The notes under the pieces were generated by a model. The model saw nothing but the letters and a program-made list of their open reading frames with translations, had not been told where the DNA came from and ran no database searches. From Desulfobacterales bacterium (GTDB lineage: Bacteria; Desulfobacterota; Desulfobacteria; Desulfobacterales; UBA5852): a stretch of 64,000 bases of DNA. Location of the stretch: positions 288,001-352,000 of the forward strand of contig CAXXVS010000001.1 in the NCBI GenBank assembly GCA_963674755.2, in the 5' to 3' direction. Both the position numbers and the translations under genes were made by a program. Shown here piece by piece: positions 28,372 to 38,048 of the stretch (the first letter of the stretch is position 1; each line of letters starts with the position of its first letter).

Positions 28372-28929
28372 TCAGGTGGGGCTCGCGGGGTGTTGGCGCA
28401 GGTATTCCCACATGACGACGGAAGCCGCGATGCTGACGTTCAGACTCTGTACCTTTCCGAACTGGGGGATGGTGAGGGCGCGGATGTCAGGGCAGGCCGC
28501 GATGTCTGCGCTGACGCCGAATTCTTCATGTCCCAGGATGAACGCACTGCGTTTGGGGAGGGCCGCTTCGGTAAGGGGAACCCCATTGACCGGATCCAGC
28601 GCAAACAAGGTGTAGCGGCGTTTGGCGAGCGCCGCCTGACAGGTTGCAAAGCGGTCATGAAACCGGGCCGGCACCCATTTGAAGGACCCCATGGCGGGCG
28701 CCGGATCGAAAAAATCGATGCCCACCAGATGGACCTCACGGGCGCCGAAGGCATCGGCGCTGCGGAAAATTTTGCCGATATTGAAGGTCGGTTTGAGTCC
28801 GTCCAGAATGAGGACAAATTCGTGACGGCCCGGCGAGGCAAGCAGATTGGCATTTTTCTGGCGCCGGAACCGCTGCTGGGCCGCCATCCGCTGGTGTTGA
28901 AGACGCCGCCGCGTTTGTCTGAGACCCAT
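28372..28929 (-). CDS. TrmH/SpoU family RNA methyltransferase
   Basis: NIGKIFRSADAFG, ILGHEEFGVS and IPQFGKVQSLNVSIAA SPOUT motifs. Confidence 0.9.
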   Translation of the reverse strand: MGLRQTRRRLQHQRMAAQQRFRRQKNANLLASPGRHEFVLILDGLKPTFNIGKIFRSADAFGAREVHLVGIDFFDPAPAMGSFKWVPARFHDRFATCQAALAKRRYTLFALDPVNGVPLTEAALPKRSAFILGHEEFGVSADIAACPDIRALTIPQFGKVQSLNVSIAASVVMWEYLRQHPASPT

Positions 28930-29119
28930 TGCACCTTATCCTTCGGACACATATCCGCCACTGGGGGCCGCCTGGGCTGAGAACAAAGCGCTCCGCACAG
29001 GACTGTTGGCGGATAGGCCTAACACGGCTTTCGAAGGGAATCAAGGCGCCCGCCGACAGGAGCGCCCTGGAATGTTCGGGGTTCACCAAAGATAGCGGAC
29101 GCATATCGAATGAAAGGGC

Positions 29120-29893
29120 ATGGCCATGGTTTACAAGGAATTCGACGGGCTGGGGTTCGCGGCGGGGCGCTGGCCCCTTGATCCGAAACTGCCGACGCTT
29201 ACCTTTATTCACGGCTCCGGAGGGGACCATGCGCTCTGGCAGGGACAGATCGATCCCCTGCTTGCGTGGGCCAATACAATTGCACTGGACTTGCCGGGAC
29301 ACGGCAAGAGCCGGAAACCGGGTCTGGCGAGCGTGCCGGCCTATGCCGCGGCCGTGGCCGGATGGCTGGAGGGCCTCAGGGTGCCACGCCCGGTTCCCTG
29401 CGGCTTGAGCCTGGGGGGTGCCATCACCCTCCAACTGCTGCTCGACTGGCCGCCGCTGCTGGCGGGCGGCGTGCTGATGGGCACCGGGGCCCGACTGCGG
29501 GTGCTGCCGGAAATTCTGCAAACGATCGAGGCCGACTATGGCGCTTTCATCGATCTGCTGGGGCGTTTCGGAGCGTCCGACCAAACTCCGGCCGAGTTGA
29601 TCGCCCCTGTTCAGCGCGCCGCGGCCGCCTGCCCCCCGGAGGTTGCCGCCAACGATTTCAGGGCCTGCGACGGATTCGATGTCATGGAGCGCTTAGCCGA
29701 AATCGATACACCGGTACTCGTGCTTGCAGGTGCGGACGATCGCCTCACTCCGCCCAAATACAGCGCCTATCTGGAAGCGCATATCCGCGGCAGCCGGCGG
29801 ATCGAGGTCCCGGGGGCCGGCCACCTCGTCCCCGCCGAAAAACCGACCGCGGTGAACGAAGCCCTGCGCGCCTTTATCGTGGGCTTGCCGTAG
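29120..29893 (+). CDS. Alpha/beta fold hydrolase
   Basis: FIHGSGG, DLPGHG, GLSLGG nucleophile elbow, D..TP, AGH. Confidence 0.9.
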   Translation: MAMVYKEFDGLGFAAGRWPLDPKLPTLTFIHGSGGDHALWQGQIDPLLAWANTIALDLPGHGKSRKPGLASVPAYAAAVAGWLEGLRVPRPVPCGLSLGGAITLQLLLDWPPLLAGGVLMGTGARLRVLPEILQTIEADYGAFIDLLGRFGASDQTPAELIAPVQRAAAACPPEVAANDFRACDGFDVMERLAEIDTPVLVLAGADDRLTPPKYSAYLEAHIRGSRRIEVPGAGHLVPAEKPTAVNEALRAFIVGLP

Positions 29894-30042
29894 ATGCGAT
29901 ACAGCCGAGCGCATGCCAGGGGCGCGACTGGTGTCTTTTTCTTCCCCTGTCGGCCGGCTTTACAAACAGGGCCTAATTCCTTAGGTTGCATGTTATATCG
30001 GAACGTAAACGATTTTTATGCAATGGGAGGGGAGGTACGCTA

Positions 30043-30240
30043 ATGACCAGCAAGACATTCCGCTGCGAAGCATGCGGCAAACAGGTGGAACTGGCCGGCG
30101 AAATCCCGGCGGCTTCGGACTGCTGCGGGGCCAAGTGGGTCGATGTGGAGCGCTTGCCGGCCTGCGAAATGCCGGCTACGGCCGAACACTCCCGCTTCGA
30201 TGCCGAGGACGAGCCCTGCGATGACGGCCGCGCCGGTTGA
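30043..30240 (+). CDS. Small Cys-rich protein with desulforedoxin-like CxxC...CC motif
   Basis: SD GGAGGT before ATG 30043; FRCEACGKQV-x11-CCG; C-terminal AEHSR...EPCDDGR. Confidence 0.75.
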   Translation: MTSKTFRCEACGKQVELAGEIPAASDCCGAKWVDVERLPACEMPATAEHSRFDAEDEPCDDGRAG

Positions 30241-30336
30241 CCGGGGAGGCCGTGGGCCTGGGGGCGATTCTCCCACCGCGAAGCCCTGTTTGGCAGTTGC
30301 GGGGCAGATGCGCGTAAGCGGAAAGAAATCCCCATC

Positions 30337-30663
30337 ATGAGCAAACAACTCGTTTACATGACGGCGGGCAGTCTGGCGGAGGCCCGGCAGATCGGGCAGC
30401 TGTTGGTGACGGAACGCCTGGCGGCCTGCGTCAATATCATCGAGGGCATGCACAGCATTTACCGCTGGGAGGGTGAACTCCAGCAGGACCGGGAGGTGGT
30501 CGTGATTGCCAAAACCACCCGGGAGCGTCTGCCGGCCCTGATCGATGCGGTCAAAGCCCGCCACAGCTACGACTGCCCCTGCATCGTCAGTTTGGCCATC
30601 GATGGCGGTAATCCGGCCTTTCTGGAATGGATCGGCCGTGAAGTCGAGGCCCCCACCGACTAG
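30337..30663 (+). CDS. cutA: Divalent-cation tolerance protein CutA
   Basis: LAACVNI, SIYRWEG, HSYDCPCI motifs. Confidence 0.95.
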   Translation: MSKQLVYMTAGSLAEARQIGQLLVTERLAACVNIIEGMHSIYRWEGELQQDREVVVIAKTTRERLPALIDAVKARHSYDCPCIVSLAIDGGNPAFLEWIGREVEAPTD

Positions 30664-30713
30664 CGCTTCGGCATAGGGGAGGCCTTGATGGCATGATCCC
30701 ATTTTAAGGCGGG

Positions 30714-31529
30714 TCAGGCCTTTTTGCGTCCCACATGCACCACGGCAATCCCGTTGGTGAGCCGCCGGTAAGCCACCTGCCGGAAACCGGTCTCGCGCAG
30801 GATGGCGCTAATTTCATCCGGAAGATGGAAGAGACGGATCGTCTCCGGCAGGCAGGCGTAGGATTCCGCCGACCCCACCAGGAGTTGTCCCAGGAAAGGC
30901 ATGATATAAAACGAGTAGAGATCGTAGAGCCACCGGAAGACCGGGTTCACTGGGCGCGAAAATTCCAGGCACATAAAGCGGCCCCCCGGTTTCAACACCC
31001 GGTGCATTTCCCGGAAGCCCTGCACCATGTGGGTGACGTTGCGGATGCCGAAGCCCACCATGGCGGCATCGAAGGTATTGTCCGGGAAGGTGATTTGCTC
31101 GGCATCCCCCTGGATGAGCTGAATCCGCCCCTGCCAGGGCGGCGCCGCGATCTTGGGCTGGCCGGCTCGCAGCATGGCGTGATTGATATCGTAGACCACG
31201 CATAGCCCTGCATCGCCGGTGCGCCGGGCCGCCATGATGGACAGGTCGGCCGTCCCGCCGCAGACGTCCAGCACCCGATCGCCTTCCTGCAATCCCATCA
31301 TGCGGATCGCCTGCCGTTTCCAGACGTACTGGATGCCGAAGCTGAGCAGGGTGTTCATGAAATCGTATTTCGGCGCCACGCGGTTGAAGTGCCGGCGCAC
31401 CCAGGCCACCTTTTCAGCGGTCGGCATCCGGCGATAGCCGAAATGGGCCACGTCCGTGCGGTCTACCTGGTCATCCAGCTGGGCCCGGCGAACGGTCGCG
31501 TCGAACCAACGGGGCGCTTTCCAATCCAT
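30714..31529 (-). CDS. ubiE: UbiE/MenG quinone C-methyltransferase
   Basis: HFGY...V..HFNRVAPKYDFMN, LDVCGGTAD, GDAE, FGIRNV, RVLKPGG...LEFS. Confidence 0.92.
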   Translation of the reverse strand: MDWKAPRWFDATVRRAQLDDQVDRTDVAHFGYRRMPTAEKVAWVRRHFNRVAPKYDFMNTLLSFGIQYVWKRQAIRMMGLQEGDRVLDVCGGTADLSIMAARRTGDAGLCVVYDINHAMLRAGQPKIAAPPWQGRIQLIQGDAEQITFPDNTFDAAMVGFGIRNVTHMVQGFREMHRVLKPGGRFMCLEFSRPVNPVFRWLYDLYSFYIMPFLGQLLVGSAESYACLPETIRLFHLPDEISAILRETGFRQVAYRRLTNGIAVVHVGRKKA

Positions 31530-31581
31530 AGTCACTTTCTCCCAATTGAGTTTATGCCCTGCGGCAATGCCTTCCCACCGG

Positions 31582-32271
31582 TCAATGCCAGAGGGCCAGG
31601 GTGCCGTCCACCAGCAGGCGCAGGGCGATCATGGTCATCACGATGCCGGACAAAAGGTCCGAATGCCGCCGGTAACGGCGTGCCAGGACCGACAGACCGG
31701 TTCCCAGCAGCAGCAGCCCCGGCAGCGTGCCCAGCCCGAAGAGCAGTGTCAGGCCGGCACCGGCCAGCAGATCGGCGGCGGCCAGGGCCCGGGCAAACGC
31801 GCCGAAGGAAAGGCCGCAGGGCAGCAGTCCCATGACCAGTCCGATGGTGAACATGCGGGCCCCGCTGCCCGGCTGTCCGGAAAGGCGCAAGAGGCGCCGG
31901 GCCCCGGGAATGCGCGCCGGGCTCGCGGCGGCCATCCACTCCGGCTCCGGGATCAAACCGATCCGGGACATGGCAAAGCCCAGCATGAAAACCCCCGCCA
32001 CCAGGGCCAGGATGGCCTGGATGCCCGCCATCCATTCCAGGGGGTTGGCGCGGCTGCGGGCCGCGACATATACGACCGCTTGCCCGATGGCGCCCATGAC
32101 CATTCCCACGGCGGTATAGGTCAGGATCCGTCCGGCATGGTAGGCGCCGTGGGCTTTCAGGCCCCCGGCCTGCCCGGGGAAGGCGAACACCAGGGGGCCG
32201 CACATGCCGAGGCAATGGCCTGTGCCGAGGAGGCCCATGAGAAACATGGCGTATCCATCCCAGATATCCAC
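31582..32271 (-). CDS. DsbD_2/UreH-like (TauE/SafE-annotated) membrane protein
   Basis: GLLGTGHCLGMCGP, YHAGRILTY, GLLPCG and FGLGTLP motifs; about 6 TM helices. Confidence 0.88.
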   Translation of the reverse strand: MDIWDGYAMFLMGLLGTGHCLGMCGPLVFAFPGQAGGLKAHGAYHAGRILTYTAVGMVMGAIGQAVVYVAARSRANPLEWMAGIQAILALVAGVFMLGFAMSRIGLIPEPEWMAAASPARIPGARRLLRLSGQPGSGARMFTIGLVMGLLPCGLSFGAFARALAAADLLAGAGLTLLFGLGTLPGLLLLGTGLSVLARRYRRHSDLLSGIVMTMIALRLLVDGTLALWH

Positions 32272-32462
32272 AAGGCGCTTTCCAGAAGATCGACGCTATT
32301 GACAGGGTCCGGCAATTCGTCCAGACTGATATCATCTTCCGACGTCGCTGGAAACCCCGTGGGCGGACTTGTTTTGTTCCTCCCGGCGGCGAAGCCCCGG
32401 GAGATCCATCCGGGTTACACGGGTTAAGGCCGATAGCCTATCTGCTCAGAGGAGAAAAAGCG

Positions 32463-33050
32463 ATGTCTGGTAGCTGCCCTGAAGCATGGCCTGGGCCGGA
32501 CAAAATGCTTCGGACCGTCCATGACGCGCTGCGCCTGGGCCTCGTCATACTGCTGCTGGTGGCCGCGGCCCCGGGATCGGTACCGGCGGCCGGCCCTGTC
32601 CCGGGACGGCAAGGCCTGGGACCGGAGGGCGACATGTCCATCAGCGCCGAAGATCGCTGCCCGGTGTGCGCCATGCTGCCGATCCGCTATCCGCGTTTCG
32701 CCGCGGCCATCGCGCTTAAGGACGGACGGACCTATTACTTTTGTTCTCCGGGCTGTATGCTCAATGCCTGGCTGCACCCCGATATCTTCCTTGGAAGTTC
32801 GGCGGCCCAACTCGCGCGCCCTGTCGTGCGGGAATACCTGAGCGGCGCGGCGATGGATGCCCGGGATGTTTTCTGGGTTTCCGGCTCGGACGTGGTCGGT
32901 CCCATGGGGCCGGCCCTGGTGCCCCTCAAGGACCAGGCCCACCTGGAGGCTTTCCGACGGCGCCACGGCGCCCGCAAGGTTTTTCGTCTGGATGAACTCA
33001 CCCATGACAACTGGCAAACCCTTACCGGCAAGCAAAGACCGTCGCCCTGA
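32463..33050 (+). CDS. NosL family (copper chaperone-like) protein
   Basis: CPVCAM, FCSPGCM and GSDVVGPMGPALVP motifs; SD GAGGAG; hydrophobic leader. Confidence 0.85.
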   Translation: MSGSCPEAWPGPDKMLRTVHDALRLGLVILLLVAAAPGSVPAAGPVPGRQGLGPEGDMSISAEDRCPVCAMLPIRYPRFAAAIALKDGRTYYFCSPGCMLNAWLHPDIFLGSSAAQLARPVVREYLSGAAMDARDVFWVSGSDVVGPMGPALVPLKDQAHLEAFRRRHGARKVFRLDELTHDNWQTLTGKQRPSP

Positions 33051-33066
33051 CCCCGGGCGGGATTGC

Positions 33067-33408
33067 ATGGCGGCAGACCGGCAACCGGCCCAGCCGAGTG
33101 ACCGCTTGCGATCGGCCGGTTGGCTGGTGGGGGCGGCTGTCGCGATGGTGATGGTTTGCCTGATTACGGTTGCCCTGGACGGGATCCGGGGGGTGCTCTC
33201 CCGACCGGAGGCCGACGCTGCCCTTTACCGCACCATTGGTTTGAACGAACTGGCCCTGGTGCCGGCCGGACAGCTCGCCCGTCGCACGGAGGTCATTCCG
33301 GGGTTCACGGATGGGCGCTATCTCCCGACGTTGCCCCGTGGCAACCCGGGTGTCGTGCCCCTGATGGACGCCGACCGGCTGGCGGCCTTCCGGAAGGCAG
33401 ACCCATGA
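33067..33408 (+). CDS. Hypothetical single-TM protein
   Basis: ATG 33067; TM helix; LALVPAG..R motif; stop overlaps the permease start (ATGA). Confidence 0.65.
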   Translation: MAADRQPAQPSDRLRSAGWLVGAAVAMVMVCLITVALDGIRGVLSRPEADAALYRTIGLNELALVPAGQLARRTEVIPGFTDGRYLPTLPRGNPGVVPLMDADRLAAFRKADP

Positions 33409-34553
33409 CATCCAACGGTCTGGCACGCATCCTGTGGGCCGCCCGCGAACTGCGGGCCCACCCCGGAAGTACGTTGGCCGTCATGGCGGCCCTGGTTCTG
33501 CTAACCGCTTTGCTGGCCGGCGGCCTGCTGCTCTCCCAGGCGCTGACGGCGACGACCGCCCGTCTGCTCGACCAGGGACCGGATCTGGTGGTGCGCCGGG
33601 TCAGCCCGGTCGGATGGCAGCCGGTTCAAGTTCAGGATGCCGCCCTGGCCCTGGCCGTACCCGGCATTACCGCGGCCCGGCTGCGCATCTGGGGCACGGT
33701 CAAAACACCGGATCAGACCGTCACCGTGGTGGCCGCGGACGATGCCGCCATGCGAAGGATGGCCCTGCCGCAGACGCTGCACCCGCCGGCCCCCGGGGAA
33801 ACCATCGCCGGACAGGGCGTCATCTTATCCGAAACCGATGGCCGTCTGGCCCTGCAGGGCGCCACCGCTCTTATGACCCGCGTGGCTCAGCGCTTTCCCT
33901 CAAACAGTGATCTGGCCACCTATGATGTGGTGATGCTCCATCCCCGGGACGCCCGCACCCTCTTGGGGCTGGCCCCGGTCCAGGCCAGCGATCTGGCCCT
34001 GTCCGTGTTCCACCCCGAGGAAGCCGCCGCGCTGATGCCGGACCTTATTCGCGCGTTTCCCTGGCCGGTGCATATCACCACCCGTTTGGATACACGCAAG
34101 GCCTATGCGGCCGCTTTCGGCCGGCGTGGCGGGCTGGGATCGCTATTGTATCTGCCGGCGGCCCTGGCGCTGGTGCTGCTGGCGGCGGCCGTCATCCGCC
34201 AGCAGATGGGTGACCGTGCGCGCATGGGCCTGCTCAAAGCCCTGGGATGGACCGGCCGCGATATCCTGGCCCTGCAGATGGCCAAAGCGCTGCTGGTGAG
34301 CCTGCCGGCCGTGGCGGCCGGGCTGGTGACGGCCTATGGCCTGGTGTACGGGCCGACCCAATCCTGGGTGGGCCGTCTTCTCCTGGGATGGCAGACAACG
34401 CCGCCACGGCTTCAGCTCGACGCCGGCTATGCCGCCCCCATCTTTCTGGAAGTCGGCGGAATGCTGCTGGTGCCTTTTTTAGCCGCCGTCCTGGCAGCGT
34501 CCCTGGGTTTGGCCTCGTCGGACCCCCAGGATCTTCTCAACCGGGGGGGCTGA
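33405..34553 (+). CDS. ABC transporter permease, FtsX/MacB/LolC-like
   Basis: N-terminal TM, large periplasmic loop (GPDLVVRR), MGLLKALGW..RDIL motif, C-terminal TMs. Confidence 0.88.
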   Translation: MTSNGLARILWAARELRAHPGSTLAVMAALVLLTALLAGGLLLSQALTATTARLLDQGPDLVVRRVSPVGWQPVQVQDAALALAVPGITAARLRIWGTVKTPDQTVTVVAADDAAMRRMALPQTLHPPAPGETIAGQGVILSETDGRLALQGATALMTRVAQRFPSNSDLATYDVVMLHPRDARTLLGLAPVQASDLALSVFHPEEAAALMPDLIRAFPWPVHITTRLDTRKAYAAAFGRRGGLGSLLYLPAALALVLLAAAVIRQQMGDRARMGLLKALGWTGRDILALQMAKALLVSLPAVAAGLVTAYGLVYGPTQSWVGRLLLGWQTTPPRLQLDAGYAAPIFLEVGGMLLVPFLAAVLAASLGLASSDPQDLLNRGG

Positions 34554-35245
34554 TGTTGGCGATATCTCTCGAATGCCGGCAGATGGCCTTTGACTATCCC
34601 AACCTCCGGTCCCGGGGGGCGGCGGTCCCCATCCTGGGGGAGATCGATGCGGTTTTTCCCGGCAGGCGGATTACGCTGGTCAGCGGCCGCAGCGGCGTCG
34701 GCAAGAGCACCCTGCTGCATCTGCTGGCCGGCCTGCTGCGGCCCACCCAGGGTGAAATCAGGGCCGACGGCCAGCCGGTGTCGCGCTGGCTGACCGCCCA
34801 CCGGGACCGCTGGCGCCGACAGGTTGGCATCCTTTTTCAGCAGGATCATTTGATCGGTCATCTGACGGTCCTGGAAAACGTTATCCTGCCGCTGATTCCG
34901 CGCAACGGCGACCTGCGGCAGTGGCGGACGCAGGGCATGGAAATGCTGGCCCGGCTCAAGCTTGACGAACTGGCCGGGCAGCCGGCCGCGTTCCTTTCAG
35001 GGGGGCAGCGGCAGCGGGTTGCGGCGGCCCGGGCCCTGGTGGGGGCCCCGGACTACATCGTGGCCGACGAACCGGTCGCCCACCAGGATTGCGAAAATGC
35101 CCGCGGCCTGGGTGGACTCCTGCGCCAGGCCGCCGACCGGGGGGCCGTGGTGGTGGTGGCCGCCCACGACCGCCATGTGGACGAGTGGCTGGCCGTCGAC
35201 GGCCATCTGCACCTGGAACACGGAACCCTGCACCCGGCATCATGA
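34553..35245 (+). CDS. ABC transporter ATP-binding protein (LolD/MacB-like)
   Basis: GRSGVGKST, LSGGQRQR, ADEP, AHD; TGATG overlap with the permease. Confidence 0.9.
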   Translation: MLAISLECRQMAFDYPNLRSRGAAVPILGEIDAVFPGRRITLVSGRSGVGKSTLLHLLAGLLRPTQGEIRADGQPVSRWLTAHRDRWRRQVGILFQQDHLIGHLTVLENVILPLIPRNGDLRQWRTQGMEMLARLKLDELAGQPAAFLSGGQRQRVAAARALVGAPDYIVADEPVAHQDCENARGLGGLLRQAADRGAVVVVAAHDRHVDEWLAVDGHLHLEHGTLHPAS

Positions 35246-36276
35246 CCCGCCATCCTTTGCTACTGGCCGTCCTGACGGCCGATCTAATAACCTTTCTGCT
35301 GCTGCTGACCGCGGCGGCCACGGCCTTTCGCATTGCATTGCACTGGCATCCGGCGGAGACCGATGGACGCCAGACCCGGCTGCAGGCCCGCTCGGAAACC
35401 GCTGCCCTAACCGTTTACGGCGCCTTCGGGCTGCATCTCTTTGCCTCGGCGGTGCTGATTTACGGCCTGACCAATATCCTGCCGGGCGTGGTGCCGGGCG
35501 CCATGTGCGGCACCGGCGTTCTGCAGGCCATGCAGTCCGGGGGGCCTCGCATGCTCATCTACCGCTGTGGGGCCACCGCCCTTTTCTGGATCTGGTGGCG
35601 GCTGGAAAAGGTGAACCGCGCCCTGCCGGAAGGGCCCCTGGTGCCGATCAACGCCCGCATCGTGCTCTTGCTCCTCCCGGTCTGCGCTCTGGCCCTGCGC
35701 GCCACCTGGCAGGCCCTGCTGGCCATGGATCTCCAGCAGCCGGTGGACTGCTGCGCGGTGGTGTACGACCAGTTTCAATCCCTGGGCGAGGCGCGCCGGA
35801 CGCTGGGTGTCGGAAATGGCTTCTGGGGATGGGCCTTTGGCGTCATCACATCAACCTTGACGGCCGTCGTCGGGGCTGTCTGGCGCGGCCGTCCACGCCG
35901 TTGGCTGCCGTTGCTGTTGACCGTGCTGGCCGGCCTGTGGCTGCCCATCGCGGCGGTCGCGCTGATCAGGGTGTGGGCGGCCTACCATTACGGCGTCCTG
36001 CACCACTATTGCCCCTGGTGCCTTTTTCTTCCCGAGCACCACATGATCGGTTTTCCTGTCTGGATCGCCTGGCTGGTGGTGGCCTATGAGGCGCCGGCCG
36101 CCCTGGTGCTGTCGGCGCCTTTCATCCGGAAACTGCAGGGGGTGACAGTTCCCGCCGATGCCGGGGTTCGGCAGGCTGCCCGCAATATGCTGATGGCGGT
36201 AGTCTTCTTCGTTCTGCTGGCGGTCGGTCCGGCCATCTGGTGGCGCTTGCATTTTGGGATGTGGTTGAGCGGGTAG
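35242..36276 (+). CDS. Cys/His-rich polytopic membrane protein of unknown function
   Basis: About 8 TM helices; PGAMCGTG, VDCC and HHYCPWCLF motifs; ATGA overlap. Confidence 0.8.
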   Translation: MTRHPLLLAVLTADLITFLLLLTAAATAFRIALHWHPAETDGRQTRLQARSETAALTVYGAFGLHLFASAVLIYGLTNILPGVVPGAMCGTGVLQAMQSGGPRMLIYRCGATALFWIWWRLEKVNRALPEGPLVPINARIVLLLLPVCALALRATWQALLAMDLQQPVDCCAVVYDQFQSLGEARRTLGVGNGFWGWAFGVITSTLTAVVGAVWRGRPRRWLPLLLTVLAGLWLPIAAVALIRVWAAYHYGVLHHYCPWCLFLPEHHMIGFPVWIAWLVVAYEAPAALVLSAPFIRKLQGVTVPADAGVRQAARNMLMAVVFFVLLAVGPAIWWRLHFGMWLSG

Positions 36277-36593
36277 GGCCTACGCCTACCGGCGATTCTG
36301 GCCGGTGCCGCTGAATACCGGGGCTGCCAATGAAGTTCTTTGCGAAACTACCCGAAAACCGCTCATTACCGTCGGTTAAGCGCCTTTTTCCCCTTGCCAT
36401 TTCAAGCCCTTTTGATATACAGAACAGCTCTGCAAACGAAATTCCATTCGATGAGGGGCATTCATTCGAATGACCCGGGTTCCCAGCTTGCCGCCGGCAT
36501 TCCGCACGCCGGGACCTGTACATCGGGGGAGCGGATTTCGATCCACCACATCATATGCAATCCTGTTTTAACCTGAAACCGAAGGAGGAAAGG

Positions 36594-37613
36594 ATGAAGA
36601 TTACCCGAATCATGTTGGTTGCCGTCCTGGTGGCAGTGTTCCTGTGTGCGGGGATGGCCACGGCCGGCACCCTGCAGGATGTGAAAGCCAAAGGCTTTAT
36701 CTCGGTGGGTGTCAACGAAGGCCTGTTCGGCTTCTCCAAGCCCGATGAAAAAGGGGTCTGGAAAGGGTTGGACGTGGACACGGCCCGTGCGATCTCGGTC
36801 GCCGTATTCGGCGCACCCGATAAAATCAAATGGGTTCCCCTGACGGCCAAAACCCGCTTTACGGCCCTGCAGTCCGGCGAGATCGACGTGCTGACCCGCA
36901 ACGCCACCCAGACACTGACCCGTGAAACCTCGCTGGGCCTCAATTTTGCCCACGTCAATTACTACGACGGCCAGGGATTCCTGGTGCCCAAGAGCTTGGG
37001 CGTCAAGAGCGCCAAGGAGTTGGACGGCGCTACGGTTTGTGTTCTGCCCGGAACGACCACCGAGTTGAACGCCGCCGATTACTTCCGCGCCAACGGCATG
37101 ACCATGAAGCCGGTGGTCATCGAGAGCACTCCGGAGCTGGCCAAGGCCTTTTTCGCCGGACGCTGCGACTGCCTGACCTCGGATGCCTCCCAGCTGGCCG
37201 GGACCCGTGCCGTGGCCCCCAATCCGGACGACTACGTCATCCTGCCGGAAATCATCTCCCGCGAGCCGCTGGCACCGGCCGTACGCCACGGGGACGATCA
37301 GTGGTACGATATCGTCAACTTTGCCACCATGGCCATGATCGAAGCCGAATACCTCGGCGTGACGTCCAAGAATGTGGACCAAATGCTGAAAAGCACGGAC
37401 CCCAAAGTTCAACGCTTCCTCGGCACCAACCCGGGCAACGGCAAGGCCCTGGGGCTGGATGAAAAGTGGGCCTACAACATCGTCAAGATGGTGGGCAATT
37501 ACGCCGAAGTGTTCGAACGCAATGTCGGCGTCAATACGCCCCTCAAGCTGGAACGCGGACTGAATGCGCTGTGGACCAACGGCGGGATCATGTACACGCC
37601 GCCGTTCAAGTAG
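36594..37613 (+). CDS. aapJ: General L-amino acid ABC transporter substrate-binding protein
   Basis: Signal peptide; RFTALQSGEIDVL.RN.T, YYDGQGF, GTTTE, SDASQL, VGNYAEVFERN, RGLNALW..GG.MY.PPF. Confidence 0.93.
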   Translation: MKITRIMLVAVLVAVFLCAGMATAGTLQDVKAKGFISVGVNEGLFGFSKPDEKGVWKGLDVDTARAISVAVFGAPDKIKWVPLTAKTRFTALQSGEIDVLTRNATQTLTRETSLGLNFAHVNYYDGQGFLVPKSLGVKSAKELDGATVCVLPGTTTELNAADYFRANGMTMKPVVIESTPELAKAFFAGRCDCLTSDASQLAGTRAVAPNPDDYVILPEIISREPLAPAVRHGDDQWYDIVNFATMAMIEAEYLGVTSKNVDQMLKSTDPKVQRFLGTNPGNGKALGLDEKWAYNIVKMVGNYAEVFERNVGVNTPLKLERGLNALWTNGGIMYTPPFK

Positions 37614-37615
37614 AT

Positions 37616-37809
37616 GCGTGCCATCCATAAAGGGCATCTTTCGGTCCAGGCTCCACCGCCGGTGGGGAAACCTTTGGCGGACAAGCCGGCGTTCTCGCTC
37701 TCCTGAAATCCTCGCCGTAGCCTCAGCTACGCCTGCGGTTTCCACCCACAGCGGGAAGAATCGTTGCGGCCTTGGCCTGAACCAAAATCTACCCTTTCTG
37801 GATAGACAC
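37616..37809 (+). mobile_element. MITE family A copy
   Basis: gtgccatccataaagggcatctttcgg ... aaccaaaatctaccctttctggatagacac; includes the ccgccggtgg...tttggcgga module. Confidence 0.75.
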
Positions 37810-37850
37810 AAAACGATAAGTCATCTCGATATTGGAGAATATATTGCTGT

Positions 37851-37900
37851 GAGCTGCTGGGATGCCGCATATAGGCGCCCCGGCAGCTTTCGCTTTCTTT
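37851..37900 (+). terminator. Stem-loop/terminator between aapJ and aapQ
   Basis: agctgctgggatgcc...ggcgccccggcagct followed by a T-rich tract. Confidence 0.5.
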
Positions 37901-38048
37901 CATCAGGCAGGCTTACACCGGCCCTTTTGTCATCCGGCGAAGGCCGGGATCTGCTAGTGTGGTGACAGACGTATCGCATTAGCGTCCGGCCCTCGGCAGG
38001 ATGAGCAGATTTGCAAGCCCTATCATTAATTAACAGCGGTTTTCGTTT

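Noticed and set aside
28192..28980. 262-aa plus-strand ORF
   Set aside because: Shadow of the TrmH methyltransferase on the minus strand
32463..36276. Nitrous oxide reductase (nos) cluster
   Set aside because: Only a NosL-like gene is present; no nosZ, nosD or nosR, and the ABC is FtsX/LolD-like rather than NosFY
36462..37811. 449-aa minus-strand ORF
   Set aside because: Shadow of aapJ that begins inside a MITE
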